A stretch of DNA of 64,000 nucleotides, taken from sequence record MH560358; one strand, 5' to 3'. Positions 17,537-28,138 of this stretch are shown piece after piece; within the stretch, counting starts at the first letter, position 1; the number at the start of each line of letters is the position of its first letter. The stretch is from Escherichia virus KFS-EC. A program made the position numbers and the translations under genes. The notes under the pieces were generated by a model, which was not told where the DNA came from, did no database searches, and saw nothing but the letters and a program-made list of their open reading frames with translations.

Positions 17537-18166
17537 TCAAAGAATTTTAAGGAAACTGGATAGACCTGATAATGAATATACACCAGATTCCCCGCATTCG
17601 CACTTGATCGGTACTGCCAGCGTGATTTGATTTCTTGTTAGCTCGTCGATCACTTCTTCCACTTTATCCGTGGTAAGCATATCCAGCACGCGGTCAAAGT
17701 CCTGTGCGTTCAGGTCGTCTATATTGAATTGCTGATCTCCGATCACGATATATTCGATACATGCAATTACCATCTGCATAATATCAACATCTTCTGTAAA
17801 CTTAGGTTGACGAAATTTGATTTTTACTTGCCCTAAGTCCAGAATATACGGTTCAACTTCTGGTATCTGTGTGCGTGAAACATCAAGAGAGTATACTTTC
17901 TCTTTATTGCATACACCACACACCCAAGTAGCATCAAATTTCATCTTATTGAGGCTGTGACACCATAAGAGAAGAAAAATATATTCTGCTTCGCATTTCT
18001 CTAGCTCTAATGCATTGATCCCCGTACATTCATGTATGATCTCTATAACAACCTCTGACAGCTTGCCAGTCTCTTTTGCTGCTACCAGTTTTTGAAATTC
18101 GCCGAAGGTGAAAGCACGGGCGTGTATCAACTTTTCGCCTAATTGGATCTTGAACAAGTATTGCAT
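17537..18166 (-). CDS. 26: Baseplate hub subunit gp26
   Basis: 209 aa ORF in the gp26 position, divergent from 51. Confidence 0.8.
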   Translation of the reverse strand: MQYLFKIQLGEKLIHARAFTFGEFQKLVAAKETGKLSEVVIEIIHECTGINALELEKCEAEYIFLLLWCHSLNKMKFDATWVCGVCNKEKVYSLDVSRTQIPEVEPYILDLGQVKIKFRQPKFTEDVDIMQMVIACIEYIVIGDQQFNIDDLNAQDFDRVLDMLTTDKVEEVIDELTRNQITLAVPIKCECGESGVYSLSGLSSFLKIL

Positions 18167-18208
18167 AATAAAACACCCTTTATAAACACATAGAATTATT
18201 TAGTATTT

Positions 18209-18216
18209 TATAAATA
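18209..18216 (+). promoter_or_regulatory. T4-type late promoter (TATAAATA) upstream of gene 51
   Basis: Exact TATAAATA about 20 nt upstream of the gp51 ATG in the divergent 26/51 intergenic region. Confidence 0.65.
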
Positions 18217-18236
18217 CCCGAAAGGGGGATTATACC

Positions 18237-19007
18237 ATGAATATTATCCGAATAAAACTACCGGAAGGTGTGCAGAGATTTAAACCATTCACGGTAAAAG
18301 ATTATAGAGATTTCCTTCTGGTGTCAACTGAAATTAAGATGAATCCAGAAGAAGAACAAACGATTCTTGATGAGCTATTAGAAGAAATATATCCAGACGT
18401 AGATCCGGCATTTCGTGAATATATTTTCCTGAATGTCTTTACTAGTTCAATTGGTAAAACTAAGATACCGCTTTGTTTTACTTGCCCGACTTGCAACAAA
18501 GAAAGAAGAATGTTGCTTAACTTACAGGTTGAAGCCCTAAAACCAATCGTTCTAGAGGCCGCAGGGCTTAAAATAACTTTCCGGTATGTTAAACCATCAA
18601 CCGACTATGCAAAAACGTTTCTGGATGCGATAGAGCGTGTATCTGATGGTATTAATGATTATCTATGGACTGAATTACCGGAAGAAGTTAGAGAACAGGT
18701 TATCGATTCAATCTCATTTGCTGAATTTGAAGAAGTTGTCAAGCAGATGCACACAATCAAGATCGAACAAAAGATATCTTGTTGTGAAAGTCATGACCTG
18801 AAATACATAGGTCTTCTTCCATTATTCAAATTGTTGTTGAATCCAGATGAGTTATTCATCTTTTATCGAATAAACCATCTATTGGCAAAATCAAATTATT
18901 CTATCAGTGATCTTATGGATATGTTACCCGTCGAGAGAAACATTGCACTGACACTGGTCGAGAAAGACGTAAAAGAGGCAAATAATGCAAAGAACGGGGT
19001 TTCCTAA
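18237..19007 (+). CDS. 51: Baseplate hub assembly protein gp51
   Basis: 256 aa; position and size as T4 gp51. Confidence 0.8.
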   Translation: MNIIRIKLPEGVQRFKPFTVKDYRDFLLVSTEIKMNPEEEQTILDELLEEIYPDVDPAFREYIFLNVFTSSIGKTKIPLCFTCPTCNKERRMLLNLQVEALKPIVLEAAGLKITFRYVKPSTDYAKTFLDAIERVSDGINDYLWTELPEEVREQVIDSISFAEFEEVVKQMHTIKIEQKISCCESHDLKYIGLLPLFKLLLNPDELFIFYRINHLLAKSNYSISDLMDMLPVERNIALTLVEKDVKEANNAKNGVS

Positions 19008-20094
19008 TGTCTCAATAAAACTTTATCAGGATTATGAGGCATTTCTAAATCATCGCTTTATAGAATTGGGCGCTACCTTTGTTACAATGACTCTGCGTGA
19101 TTCGATTCGTGGGGTGAACGAAGGATTGTTGCAATTCTATGATAATAAGGCGATGCATACAAAATTAAACGGGAGAGAGATCATTCAGATTTCGCTATCC
19201 ACTGCTAATACAGATGAAGTGTTTAACCGAATCTATGGGATCTCTCATAGTAATGTAACAATTGACCAAAAATCCGACAACATTTTAACATTCCAGTTAA
19301 AGAGCTATCACGAATCATTAAACCTTAAATTTTCTCGCTCATTGACAAATAACGCGGTTAATAACGTAACTAGCATGATTGATGCCATCTATAAGGAAGT
19401 TCCTTTATGGAAACCTACTATAAAGGGTGATAACGTTGTTATTCCTCGTTGTCCGTGGGTTAGTACCATAAATGACTATATGGATTTTGTGAGGGCATAC
19501 GGGCAAAGCGTAGAAACCGAGTCTTTCGTGTATTGCTGGGAAGATTTTGATGGTATAACGATCGCTGGACACGATACAATATTAAAAAATGAGCCAATAC
19601 CAGCTATAATCTGTGAGCCTAGACTCATGGGGCAGTTTATTGATATGTCGCCTAATCTGATGGTTTTTAATTTCGAGTGGCAGACTAAGAGCAATGCTAA
19701 AGTTAAAAATTCATTTAGCAATGTGACATACACAACTATTGATTTTGTTACTAAGCAGTATAATAAAATTATTGTTGGTAATGGGGATAATATTGCACAC
19801 TTTGCTCATGGTGGCGCTTATGGCGATTTAACTTATAAGAATGCGTTTTTGGAAGGTTCTAAACTTGCCACAATAGAACAATATGATTCATATGCTACCG
19901 CCGTGTGTCACGGTAATTTTTCGTTGCGCCCCGGCATGGTTATTCGATTCTTTGATGAGAAGCAACAAGCACGCAATGATTTTATTGTTGACGAAGTGGT
20001 GCATGAAATTAGCCGAGAGCAATCATTAACTCACCTGTATATGATCGGTAATAGCGAAGAATTACAGGAAGTCAACTTTGAAGGTAAGATATAA
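18985..20094 (+). CDS. 27: Baseplate hub subunit gp27
   Basis: N-terminus MQRTGFPNVSIKLYQDYEAF matches T4 gp27. Confidence 0.85.
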   Translation: MQRTGFPNVSIKLYQDYEAFLNHRFIELGATFVTMTLRDSIRGVNEGLLQFYDNKAMHTKLNGREIIQISLSTANTDEVFNRIYGISHSNVTIDQKSDNILTFQLKSYHESLNLKFSRSLTNNAVNNVTSMIDAIYKEVPLWKPTIKGDNVVIPRCPWVSTINDYMDFVRAYGQSVETESFVYCWEDFDGITIAGHDTILKNEPIPAIICEPRLMGQFIDMSPNLMVFNFEWQTKSNAKVKNSFSNVTYTTIDFVTKQYNKIIVGNGDNIAHFAHGGAYGDLTYKNAFLEGSKLATIEQYDSYATAVCHGNFSLRPGMVIRFFDEKQQARNDFIVDEVVHEISREQSLTHLYMIGNSEELQEVNFEGKI

Positions 20095-20612
20095 TGACAG
20101 AAACTAAACCTATGTTAAAATTTGTTGTTCCTGTAAAAAAAATAGAGATAAACGGGAAACATATCAAGATCCCAAAAATGGGGATTAAGCAACATCGATT
20201 ATTAAAAGATGTTCGTAGCTGTGATGAAACATTAAAGATTCTTCTTGATTCAATCTGTCCTGGGTTAAACGCTGCCGAGTCTGAATTGGTTATGCTTAAC
20301 CTTTGTGCGTTTAATGGTAAGTGTCTGGAAGAAAAAGATGGTCTTAAGCTGTCTGATGTGTATATTTGTACAGAGACTGAATTTACTTTAAATGGTAAAG
20401 TCTTTAAATTTAAAAATCCAATGTATACTTCTGACCCCATTATCGATGACGCTGATTTCTTGAGTCATCATTATCACGATCCTAGCGTAGACTTCCATGA
20501 TTTCCCAGCTTTTATTATGGATTGGGCTACAGGATTAAGAAAAACTATTGCACTGGATACACCGGAAGGTACTATCTATGGTGGAATTAACATATTGGAT
20601 CGCCTATCATGA
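20094..20612 (+). CDS. 28: Baseplate hub distal subunit gp28
   Basis: 172 aa, overlapping start with the gp27 stop, T4 synteny. Confidence 0.8.
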   Translation: MTETKPMLKFVVPVKKIEINGKHIKIPKMGIKQHRLLKDVRSCDETLKILLDSICPGLNAAESELVMLNLCAFNGKCLEEKDGLKLSDVYICTETEFTLNGKVFKFKNPMYTSDPIIDDADFLSHHYHDPSVDFHDFPAFIMDWATGLRKTIALDTPEGTIYGGINILDRLS

Positions 20613-22342
20613 ATGACGCATTAACATCATTTCGCGGGATGCGCAAGGAAGCGGAAGAAAACCCGATTGATAAACTTAACAAATTAGATAAACTTGATTC
20701 TATTGATAATTTGCAAGCCGCTACCGAATTGGTGGCTGAGACAGTGGAACAAAAATCTAATGAAGTTGTTGGTGCGGTAGAGGATAACACCGCAGCCAAT
20801 GAATTGACGGCAGAAAATACACAATCTACCGCTGGCAATACCCAAAAAACTTATGAAGAATTGCAAAAACTCAATAATTTCTCTTCTCAGATGAATGAGA
20901 AATTACGTGGTTTTGGTGTTATGATGGAACGTAGATTTGGTGTTGTCAGTAAAATGGCTAGCGGTATTGGTGCGATTGAAGAAGCATTGAAAAAACCGGA
21001 ACAACCGCAAACAATGCCATCACCTCAGCCAGTTTTGCCTACTGTGCCGGAACAGCCTAATAATGACAACTATCAAGGTCTTCCAAAGAAAAAACCAGAT
21101 GTTGAGGAACGGAAGAAAAAGAACGCCACAGATAAGCGTAATGCAGATTCTATGGAAAATCTTCTTAAAGTTGTTCGTGGAGGATTTAAAGAAACCATAG
21201 GTATCTCTAATAAGGTCTTAGGGATGTTATTTAAGATCACTTTGACCGCTATGGCAGAAGCCGCAAAATGGGGTGCTATTTTGATGGGTATTGTTTTTGT
21301 CATTGATACCCTGATGGTTCATTTCAGATATTGGAGCGATTTATTCGAGACAAAGTTCAGTGAATTTATGGATAAGGCCGGAGAATGGGCTGGTCCTATT
21401 AGCGATATTTTAACTACTGTTCGTCAGGTTCGAGATTATTGGTCTAAAGGCGAATATGGGGAGTTAATTAAATCTCTTGTTATGGGTATTGGTGATGCAT
21501 TCTATAAAACCTTTATCCAACTTGATCGAATTATCACTACTGGTATTGCTAAAATTCTTCGCATGATCCCTGGTATGGGTGATTATGCCGATAAGTTAGA
21601 ATATGGTGCTTTAAAATCTGCTGTCGCTCAAGGCTATACGCCAAATGAAAGAGAACTCGAATTAATGGATAAGATCGAGTCTGAACACGAAGAAGACAAA
21701 TATGGAGAGCGCACAGGATGGACAGGAAAAGCCCGTGATATTGGCGAAGCTATTGGGGATTCTATTAAGGATAAAGTTAACGAAGGTCTTGTTAGTCTGG
21801 GCTGGAGAGATCAAAAGGATGTTGACGCAGAGAAACGACAAGAAGAATTAAAACGCGGGGAATATAAGTCTGTTTCTGCTGAACAACGATCTGCTAGTCG
21901 TAAACTTAGAATTAAAAGCGAGGGCGCGATCAATAATATTAATGAAGTTATGGAGAATTTGAGCGGTGACTATGACAAAGAAAGAATGGGAGAGTTGAAA
22001 AAGGATATTGATGTTTACCGTGAGCAAGTTCAAGATCCTACATTAGTTGAAAGTGATCGTTCTCAGTTAGAGCGTCTTATTGAAAAATTTGATGAGATGT
22101 ATGCTGATAAAACTAAGGGTGTGGTTCCAACTAATCCTGTTCCTGCAACTGAAACGGAAACAGCAAAACAAGCGGAACGTACTGAACAAATGCAGAAACA
22201 AGCTGCAATCCAGCAACAAACGACAAATCAGACCTCAAACGTAAATAATACACAAATTGTAACAAACAATAGAACTATTAAACAGGGTGCACCAACAACT
22301 AGAATTGATGCTCCCGGTACAATTAATATGGGGAACTTTTAA
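20609..22342 (+). CDS. 29: Baseplate hub / tail length determinator gp29
   Basis: 577 aa, size and position as T4 gp29. Confidence 0.8.
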   Translation: MNDALTSFRGMRKEAEENPIDKLNKLDKLDSIDNLQAATELVAETVEQKSNEVVGAVEDNTAANELTAENTQSTAGNTQKTYEELQKLNNFSSQMNEKLRGFGVMMERRFGVVSKMASGIGAIEEALKKPEQPQTMPSPQPVLPTVPEQPNNDNYQGLPKKKPDVEERKKKNATDKRNADSMENLLKVVRGGFKETIGISNKVLGMLFKITLTAMAEAAKWGAILMGIVFVIDTLMVHFRYWSDLFETKFSEFMDKAGEWAGPISDILTTVRQVRDYWSKGEYGELIKSLVMGIGDAFYKTFIQLDRIITTGIAKILRMIPGMGDYADKLEYGALKSAVAQGYTPNERELELMDKIESEHEEDKYGERTGWTGKARDIGEAIGDSIKDKVNEGLVSLGWRDQKDVDAEKRQEELKRGEYKSVSAEQRSASRKLRIKSEGAINNINEVMENLSGDYDKERMGELKKDIDVYREQVQDPTLVESDRSQLERLIEKFDEMYADKTKGVVPTNPVPATETETAKQAERTEQMQKQAAIQQQTTNQTSNVNNTQIVTNNRTIKQGAPTTRIDAPGTINMGNF

Positions 22343-23400
22343 TGAAAATTAGTGTTATCAATGATGCCGTTGATAGCTTTAAAGCGGGGGTTAAAACCTC
22401 CGCTGGTTTTACCTCAAAAAATAAAGGGAAAACATTAACCGCTCAATTCCCCGCTGAACGTGCTAGCGGTAATGATGCTAGCGGTTATTATATCAACGAC
22501 TTATATAATAATGGTCTGTTATTCACTGCATACGATTATACATCTCGTACTACTGGTTCGTTGCGTGATTTCAGGAAAAAGAAAAATGTTGCTAGCGGTT
22601 TTGGCGGTAGCGTTAATATCGCTGGTTTTGATTTAAATTTGGGTGGGAGAAATGCTGCATTTGACCGAGAGGCAATTGCTAATATTCTTCTTCCTCGTAG
22701 TCAATCTGACGTTGACGCTGCCAGCCATAAGTTTAATGATGTTGGTGAATCTGTTATTTCTCGCGGCGGTGGTACTTTAGGCGGTGCTCTTTCTAATATG
22801 GCATCTACTGCCGTTTTTGGTGGTATCGAAAGTATTACTGGTGGATACCTTGCCGATCACGGTGAACAGATTTATAATACTGCGCGAAGCATGTATGCGG
22901 GTGCTGACGCACGAACGAAAAACTACGTATGGCATCTAACCCCACGTAGTATTGAAGACCTTCGCAATATTCTGATCATATACGAAACGTTTTTAGAATT
23001 GTCTTATGGTTCTAGTGGTATTTCCAGCACCGCAAAAGAATTAAAAGCGGAAGTTGATGCGTGGTATAAAAATACACTATTGAGAAAATCCACTCCAGAG
23101 GAAGCGAAGAGAAATGATACTCTGTTTGAAGGGATCACCGATTTTCTATCAAACGTAATTACTGTATCTAACCCGACAATATGGATGATCTCTAACTTCG
23201 GCAAGCGTACATCGTTTGAAGGGCGTAGCGATGCATTTGGTCCCGCTCAGATCTCAAGTGTACGTCTGGACAAGTCGCCTGATGGTAAGTTTAATGGCCT
23301 TGCTATTTCTCCTAACTTGCCGAGTACCTTTGTTCTGGAAGTATCATTTAGAGAGATCTTGACACTTTCCCGTGGTACTATATTTGGGAGTGCGGCATAA
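22342..23400 (+). CDS. 48: Baseplate tail tube cap gp48
   Basis: 352 aa, T4 synteny. Confidence 0.8.
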   Translation: MKISVINDAVDSFKAGVKTSAGFTSKNKGKTLTAQFPAERASGNDASGYYINDLYNNGLLFTAYDYTSRTTGSLRDFRKKKNVASGFGGSVNIAGFDLNLGGRNAAFDREAIANILLPRSQSDVDAASHKFNDVGESVISRGGGTLGGALSNMASTAVFGGIESITGGYLADHGEQIYNTARSMYAGADARTKNYVWHLTPRSIEDLRNILIIYETFLELSYGSSGISSTAKELKAEVDAWYKNTLLRKSTPEEAKRNDTLFEGITDFLSNVITVSNPTIWMISNFGKRTSFEGRSDAFGPAQISSVRLDKSPDGKFNGLAISPNLPSTFVLEVSFREILTLSRGTIFGSAA

Positions 23401-24332
23401 TGTTTGATTTAAATGACTTTAACGAACAAGCCGCTAACCTTGACTTTCAGCGATCTAACTTATTCAGCGTGGCATTTGCCACCACTCCAAGTAATAAGAC
23501 ACAAGCGATCCTAGAAAGTATGGGCGGTGCGGTATATGATATTATACCAAATGCATTAAATGACTATTTCGGGATTACTCGTGGTGATTATACTGACGCA
23601 TTAACAAATCTTGCTGTACAGGGTGTTAGGCGTGCTGTTGATTCATCTGGTGTCAAAAAGTATCTTTTAGGTGCAATGTCATCCCGCGTAGTTCAATCTC
23701 TTCTGGGGCAATTTGATGTTGGTACGTATGCTCTTGACTGGTTCAATATGGCATATAAGACAAGCGGTCTTCTGGTGTATGCTGTTAAGGTTCCAGAAAA
23801 CAGATTGAATTATGAAATGGACCGCAATCACAATGCACCAAACATTCGAATTACCGGACGTGATTTTGACCCGCTTGTATTGAGCTTTAGAATGGACTCT
23901 AGCGCATCAAACTATAGAGCAATGCAGGATTGGGTTAACTCAGTAGAAGACCCAGTTACAGGGCTTCGTGCGCTTCCTGTTGACGTTGAAGCAGATATTC
24001 AGGTTAACTTACATAACCGAATGGGAGTTCCTCACACGATCATGATGTTTAATGGTTGTGTTCCTGTTGGTGTGAGTGCACCGGAATTAAACTATGAAAA
24101 CAACAACGAAATCACAACATTCGATGTTACTTTCGCATATCGTTCTATGCAAACTGGTGCTGTAGGAGAGCAAGCCGCGCGAGAATGGATTGAGGATAAG
24201 GCAATAAACGCAATAACAAACACTTTCGGCAATAATTTACTTGATAGTGGGTTATCTGCTGCTGGTAATGCTTTATCGCGTCTAAATGGCGTTGGTGGGC
24301 GTGTGGTGAATACTGTCACTAACTGGTTCTGA
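23400..24332 (+). CDS. 54: Baseplate tail tube initiator gp54
   Basis: 310 aa; strong similarity to T4 gp54 (NRLNYEMD, RALPVDVEADIQVNLH). Confidence 0.9.
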   Translation: MFDLNDFNEQAANLDFQRSNLFSVAFATTPSNKTQAILESMGGAVYDIIPNALNDYFGITRGDYTDALTNLAVQGVRRAVDSSGVKKYLLGAMSSRVVQSLLGQFDVGTYALDWFNMAYKTSGLLVYAVKVPENRLNYEMDRNHNAPNIRITGRDFDPLVLSFRMDSSASNYRAMQDWVNSVEDPVTGLRALPVDVEADIQVNLHNRMGVPHTIMMFNGCVPVGVSAPELNYENNNEITTFDVTFAYRSMQTGAVGEQAAREWIEDKAINAITNTFGNNLLDSGLSAAGNALSRLNGVGGRVVNTVTNWF

Positions 24333-24342
24333 TGAACGAAAG

Positions 24343-24370
24343 GCGGGGATTATCCCCGCCTTTTTATTTT
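24343..24370 (+). terminator. Rho-independent terminator after gene 54
   Basis: GGCGGGGAttaTCCCCGCC hairpin followed by TTTTTATTTT; overlaps the stop of the convergent lipoprotein gene. Confidence 0.7.
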
Positions 24371-24834
24371 GCTAAATCATTGCAATATTTTAGTGCCTTA
24401 GTTTGAAATTCTGCGCTGTTAAGTTCTTCATAACGGTCATAATCACCGTTTAATGCTGCCTTTCTTGCTTCTTGCTCTATCTGCATGTCAGACATGATAA
24501 TACAGCGATCCCGCGCTTTCATCTTCTCAAGTTGTATAGACTCTTCTTTCTGCTTGCGCAATTCTTCTTGACGCTTCTTTTCTTCTTGTGCTTCTTTGAT
24601 TGCATCCTTGAACATCTGCGTTTGTGGTGCTAAACCAACTTTAACGCGATCCACGTCTCGACGTTCCATTTTAGAAATAAAGCACGATTCGATCTGATCA
24701 TCACTTGCATATGCTGCTTTACATTCACGAAGCAAGAAAACCGGATCTGATTTAGCATTCATCATAGCTTCCATGTTGGCACAACCAGTAAGCATGAATG
24801 CAGCCGCAAGACCAATCAGTTTAATCATTTTCAT
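24364..24834 (-). CDS. Putative lipoprotein (156 aa)
   Basis: N-terminal signal peptide with lipobox LTGC; charged coiled-coil-like remainder; ATGA overlap with the upstream ADP-ribosyltransferase gene. Confidence 0.55.
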   Translation of the reverse strand: MKMIKLIGLAAAFMLTGCANMEAMMNAKSDPVFLLRECKAAYASDDQIESCFISKMERRDVDRVKVGLAPQTQMFKDAIKEAQEEKKRQEELRKQKEESIQLEKMKARDRCIIMSDMQIEQEARKAALNGDYDRYEELNSAEFQTKALKYCNDLAK

Positions 24835-25655
24835 TTAGTCACCTCACCGAAAATTGTAAATTGTCTACGATTCTCATCGCCGAAAGATTCTACTACGTCG
24901 TTTACCTTGACGCAAGTCCCGCGCGGTAAAATTACTTCACATTCGCAAGGGTTCCATGCAATTGACCCAACAACAAAACCTTTATGATCTTTTACGTCAA
25001 TTACCCATGATACATTACAAGAATGTTGCATCTTTCCGGTCATTGATTCATATCGATTCTCACAATAAAGGCTAGTGCTGTTTGATAGCCATCCTCCAAA
25101 GATGATTGGTGTCATGCTGGTTGACACAAAGTTTTTAAAGGTAAATTCCTTATCTTCAATAATACGCTCTATTGTCTGAATGTCAAGATGTTGACCGCGA
25201 TAAAGAGTACCGTTTAACTTTTCGGTTTTATCCATGACACAATCCATCAAATCGACAATCTCTGATATCTCATCGGTCATGTCTTCTTCCCCTAAGAGAG
25301 CACCATTTACCCATTCGTATTGCTCAGACACATAATCACAGATTGCATTATATTCTGCTGGTGTTATGTTGTTATGTTTGTAATGTTTGAATACATTATC
25401 TCCAAAGTCTTCGGAGTGTACTTCATACATCACATTAATGATTTTCTTGACAAATCCATAATCTTGTGTCTCACGCTCAAGGAAGCGGATAACCTTCACA
25501 TAATCATCAAAGTTAATCTGATCGCTGATCATCTCAGTGATCATGTAACCATTAATCCCCTCAATGTCATATGTTTCGATGTAATTATCCATACGTTCCA
25601 TCATTGATTCGCGTGATTCTTCTGAAAGACGAAAATCCTGTAATTTCTTGAACAT
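24831..25655 (-). CDS. ADP-ribosyltransferase, Alt/Mod-like paralogue (274 aa)
   Basis: C-terminal half carries the R-S-E triad context (LYRG...FVSTS...CECEVILPRG) shared with the Alt catalytic domain. Confidence 0.65.
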   Translation of the reverse strand: MFKKLQDFRLSEESRESMMERMDNYIETYDIEGINGYMITEMISDQINFDDYVKVIRFLERETQDYGFVKKIINVMYEVHSEDFGDNVFKHYKHNNITPAEYNAICDYVSEQYEWVNGALLGEEDMTDEISEIVDLMDCVMDKTEKLNGTLYRGQHLDIQTIERIIEDKEFTFKNFVSTSMTPIIFGGWLSNSTSLYCENRYESMTGKMQHSCNVSWVIDVKDHKGFVVGSIAWNPCECEVILPRGTCVKVNDVVESFGDENRRQFTIFGEVTK

Positions 25656-25673
25656 TTTAAGCCTCCCATATAA

Positions 25674-25710
25674 CAGAAAACGGGGCTAGTATAAAACTAG
25701 TCCCCGTTTT
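25674..25710 (-). terminator. Imperfect hairpin between alt and the ADP-ribosyltransferase paralogue
   Basis: CGGGGCTAG...CTAGTCCCCG stem flanked by T/A tracts on both sides. Confidence 0.4.
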
Positions 25711-25733
25711 AGTCAACCATTATTTCTTAAAAA

Positions 25734-27785
25734 TTACATTTTAAATTTATCTGGCATTGCGTCTACAGATACCAGATCAGCGATAAGCTGACGTAGAGTT
25801 GCCTTATCTGCTTTCTTACGTTCGGTTTTAGCTTCGCTAATGAAGCTGGAGAAAGACAGGTCAGAAGCAGGTTTAACAACACCTTCACGGATGAATGCAT
25901 CACCGTCCGCGATCATCTCGCCAGATTCTTGTAATGCTGCCAGTTCATTTTTGTTCATAATATGTGCCTCAATGTAATAAGTTTCTTGTGAATCCGTCGA
26001 TGCCGTAGCACGAGTTACCGTATCAAAGGATAACACAACACCGCGAGGAAGTAAAATCTCGCATTCTTTGTAAGCAAATGCTTTGTTACCTACTGGCAAG
26101 ACAGGGAGGTTTTCCGCGCCAGCAATGGAGAAAGCAACATTAGCGCCACCTTCACCACGAGAGCCAGCCATAGAATCAACACCAGCAACGGCACTAGCCA
26201 CGTTTGCATTCCAGCCGCCAAAAATGTTAGGTGCAAGGGAAGTGCTCACATAGTTTTTAAAGTAAAACGCTTTTTGCTTACGTGCAGTTTCCCACATTTG
26301 CGACCGGAAGTCCATACCACGATACAGAATAGTACCCGGATCAAGTTTAACGCCATAGTTGGAGAAGGCATTATCCAGTGCATCGCACATCTTGACCAAT
26401 TCTTCTGGATCTGAGATGCCTTCAAACTCTTCCAGCTTACGGTCGGTTAGGAAGTTGTTCATATTGATGTATGCTGCATCGGCATATTCGCTCAACACAA
26501 AACCTTCCGCGCCTGGCAGATCAAGATCAATATCTGCCATCATTTCACCCATGTTGCTAGCAATTGCTTCAAACATACCGGAAGCAACATTACGTAGGGC
26601 ATCGGTTTTAATCTGGGTGATGTGACTACGCAGCATTTCAGCTTTTACATCTGCTGGCATAGACTGGTCTACTCGAACCATTGCTAGGGCGGTGATCTTG
26701 TTTTCGAATACTTCCTCGCTCATGATTTCTTTTAAGCGTTTGATTGATGCTGCGATAACTTCCGCAGACAACGGATCATATTGATCCTGAACTTTTACCA
26801 GTTCGCTTACTGCGTATTTTGCATCGGCTTCGCTTTCAAAAATAGTACGCATGAAACCATAGCGAGTGATAATATCACTTGTCCAGTCATTCAGAGAACG
26901 GGCGGTTGAACGTTCTAAGGCTTGACGATCAATCAGAGTATTAAACTGTTTCTTAGGTTCGGCTTCGGTGATATCTTCTTCCGGTTTAAGATTAATTTTT
27001 TCTGGATGATTCACATAGTCGCTGTTATAGGTCGCTTGAGTTTTCAGCATTTCTTCTTTAGTCAAACGAGATTTAGCCGCTACGCGTTGTTCCGCTTCCG
27101 CGTTTCGTTCTTCTTCTGACACAAGACTAGCCGCATACGCCTCATCTTTAGTCAGTGATTCACCAGTAGCCTTAGATACCCAGCGATCACCTAAATCACT
27201 TTCTACTTTAGTGAACAAGGATTCATCAAGTTTAATCCCTTTAATCTTATCAATCGCCATACCGCGACGCTTGACAACAACTAAAGCGATCTTTTTGCTG
27301 GTCATTACTTCCTGCTGGAATACTTCAAACTTCGGTGTACGACGCACCAAACGCTCTATAACGCGCTTAACCAGTTCGGTCTTACCTTTCATGCGGGATA
27401 CGTTAAAACGGAACATAACAGCGTCTAATTGCGCTTTACGGGCTGTTTCCATAACCACATCAAAAGCACTTGCCATGACTGCAATCGGGTTATCGCCTAG
27501 ACCATTTTTAAGCTGTACAATACGACCGCTTTTGTTCATTTCGCACAGTACAACATGTGCGGTCTTGTCACCCATACGAATGATTTTAGGTGTTTTGTTG
27601 GTGAAGTTACAAAGACGGACAATCACATCTTTATCGCGTGTCTGTACTGCAAAAAGCTGTTTAGGATTCTGCTTAGGCTTTAAGCACTGTACAGGAGCAA
27701 TACTGCCAAAGTTTTCTTCCTCTTCCGTCAACAGCCATTTCTCGAAAGATTCAATCATTAGATCGTCGATTTCTAAGTTAAACAT
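25734..27785 (-). CDS. alt: ADP-ribosyltransferase Alt
   Basis: 683 aa (T4 Alt is 682); C-terminal domain with ILYRG...YVSTS...ECEILLPRG. Confidence 0.9.
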   Translation of the reverse strand: MFNLEIDDLMIESFEKWLLTEEEENFGSIAPVQCLKPKQNPKQLFAVQTRDKDVIVRLCNFTNKTPKIIRMGDKTAHVVLCEMNKSGRIVQLKNGLGDNPIAVMASAFDVVMETARKAQLDAVMFRFNVSRMKGKTELVKRVIERLVRRTPKFEVFQQEVMTSKKIALVVVKRRGMAIDKIKGIKLDESLFTKVESDLGDRWVSKATGESLTKDEAYAASLVSEEERNAEAEQRVAAKSRLTKEEMLKTQATYNSDYVNHPEKINLKPEEDITEAEPKKQFNTLIDRQALERSTARSLNDWTSDIITRYGFMRTIFESEADAKYAVSELVKVQDQYDPLSAEVIAASIKRLKEIMSEEVFENKITALAMVRVDQSMPADVKAEMLRSHITQIKTDALRNVASGMFEAIASNMGEMMADIDLDLPGAEGFVLSEYADAAYINMNNFLTDRKLEEFEGISDPEELVKMCDALDNAFSNYGVKLDPGTILYRGMDFRSQMWETARKQKAFYFKNYVSTSLAPNIFGGWNANVASAVAGVDSMAGSRGEGGANVAFSIAGAENLPVLPVGNKAFAYKECEILLPRGVVLSFDTVTRATASTDSQETYYIEAHIMNKNELAALQESGEMIADGDAFIREGVVKPASDLSFSSFISEAKTERKKADKATLRQLIADLVSVDAMPDKFKM

Positions 27786-27853
27786 TTTATATCCTCTAGT
27801 TGATAACCTATAAACCTATATTTATGAAAACGGGGATTAACGCCCCCTTTTTA

Positions 27854-28066
27854 TTATAATGCACCATCAAGCAATTGCTCTAAGGTGTATCCTGAATAGT
27901 CTTTTTCAATCAGGATATATTTTCCTACTCGTTTAATACAACCACGCATTTCAACGTATTCTGCGTAGTTGATGGTACGAGTTGTTCCATCTTCCAGTAA
28001 TGCAGTACCGATTTCGTTAATGCGGTCATAAGTTACGTCGGTAATGATGATTTCGATGTTAGCCAT
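27854..28066 (-). CDS. Hypothetical protein (70 aa)
   Basis: Start moved to internal ATG (MANIEIIITD) with TAAGGAGT ribosome binding site; the track start lies inside the promoter. Confidence 0.5.
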   Translation of the reverse strand: MANIEIIITDVTYDRINEIGTALLEDGTTRTINYAEYVEMRGCIKRVGKYILIEKDYSGYTLEQLLDGAL

Positions 28067-28102
28067 TTGATACTCCTTAGTAGTTCGTTTCGGTATGTGT
28101 GC

Positions 28103-28131
28103 ATTATAGGGGATCACCGATCCCCTGTCAA
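28103..28131 (-). promoter_or_regulatory. PeSL-type early promoter (TTGACA, GGGGATCggtGATCCCC, TATAAT)
   Basis: Minus strand: -35 TTGACA, 17-nt spacer that is a perfect GC palindrome, -10 TATAAT, then conserved leader ending in a ribosome binding site. Confidence 0.6.
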
Positions 28132-28138
28132 CAACTTT

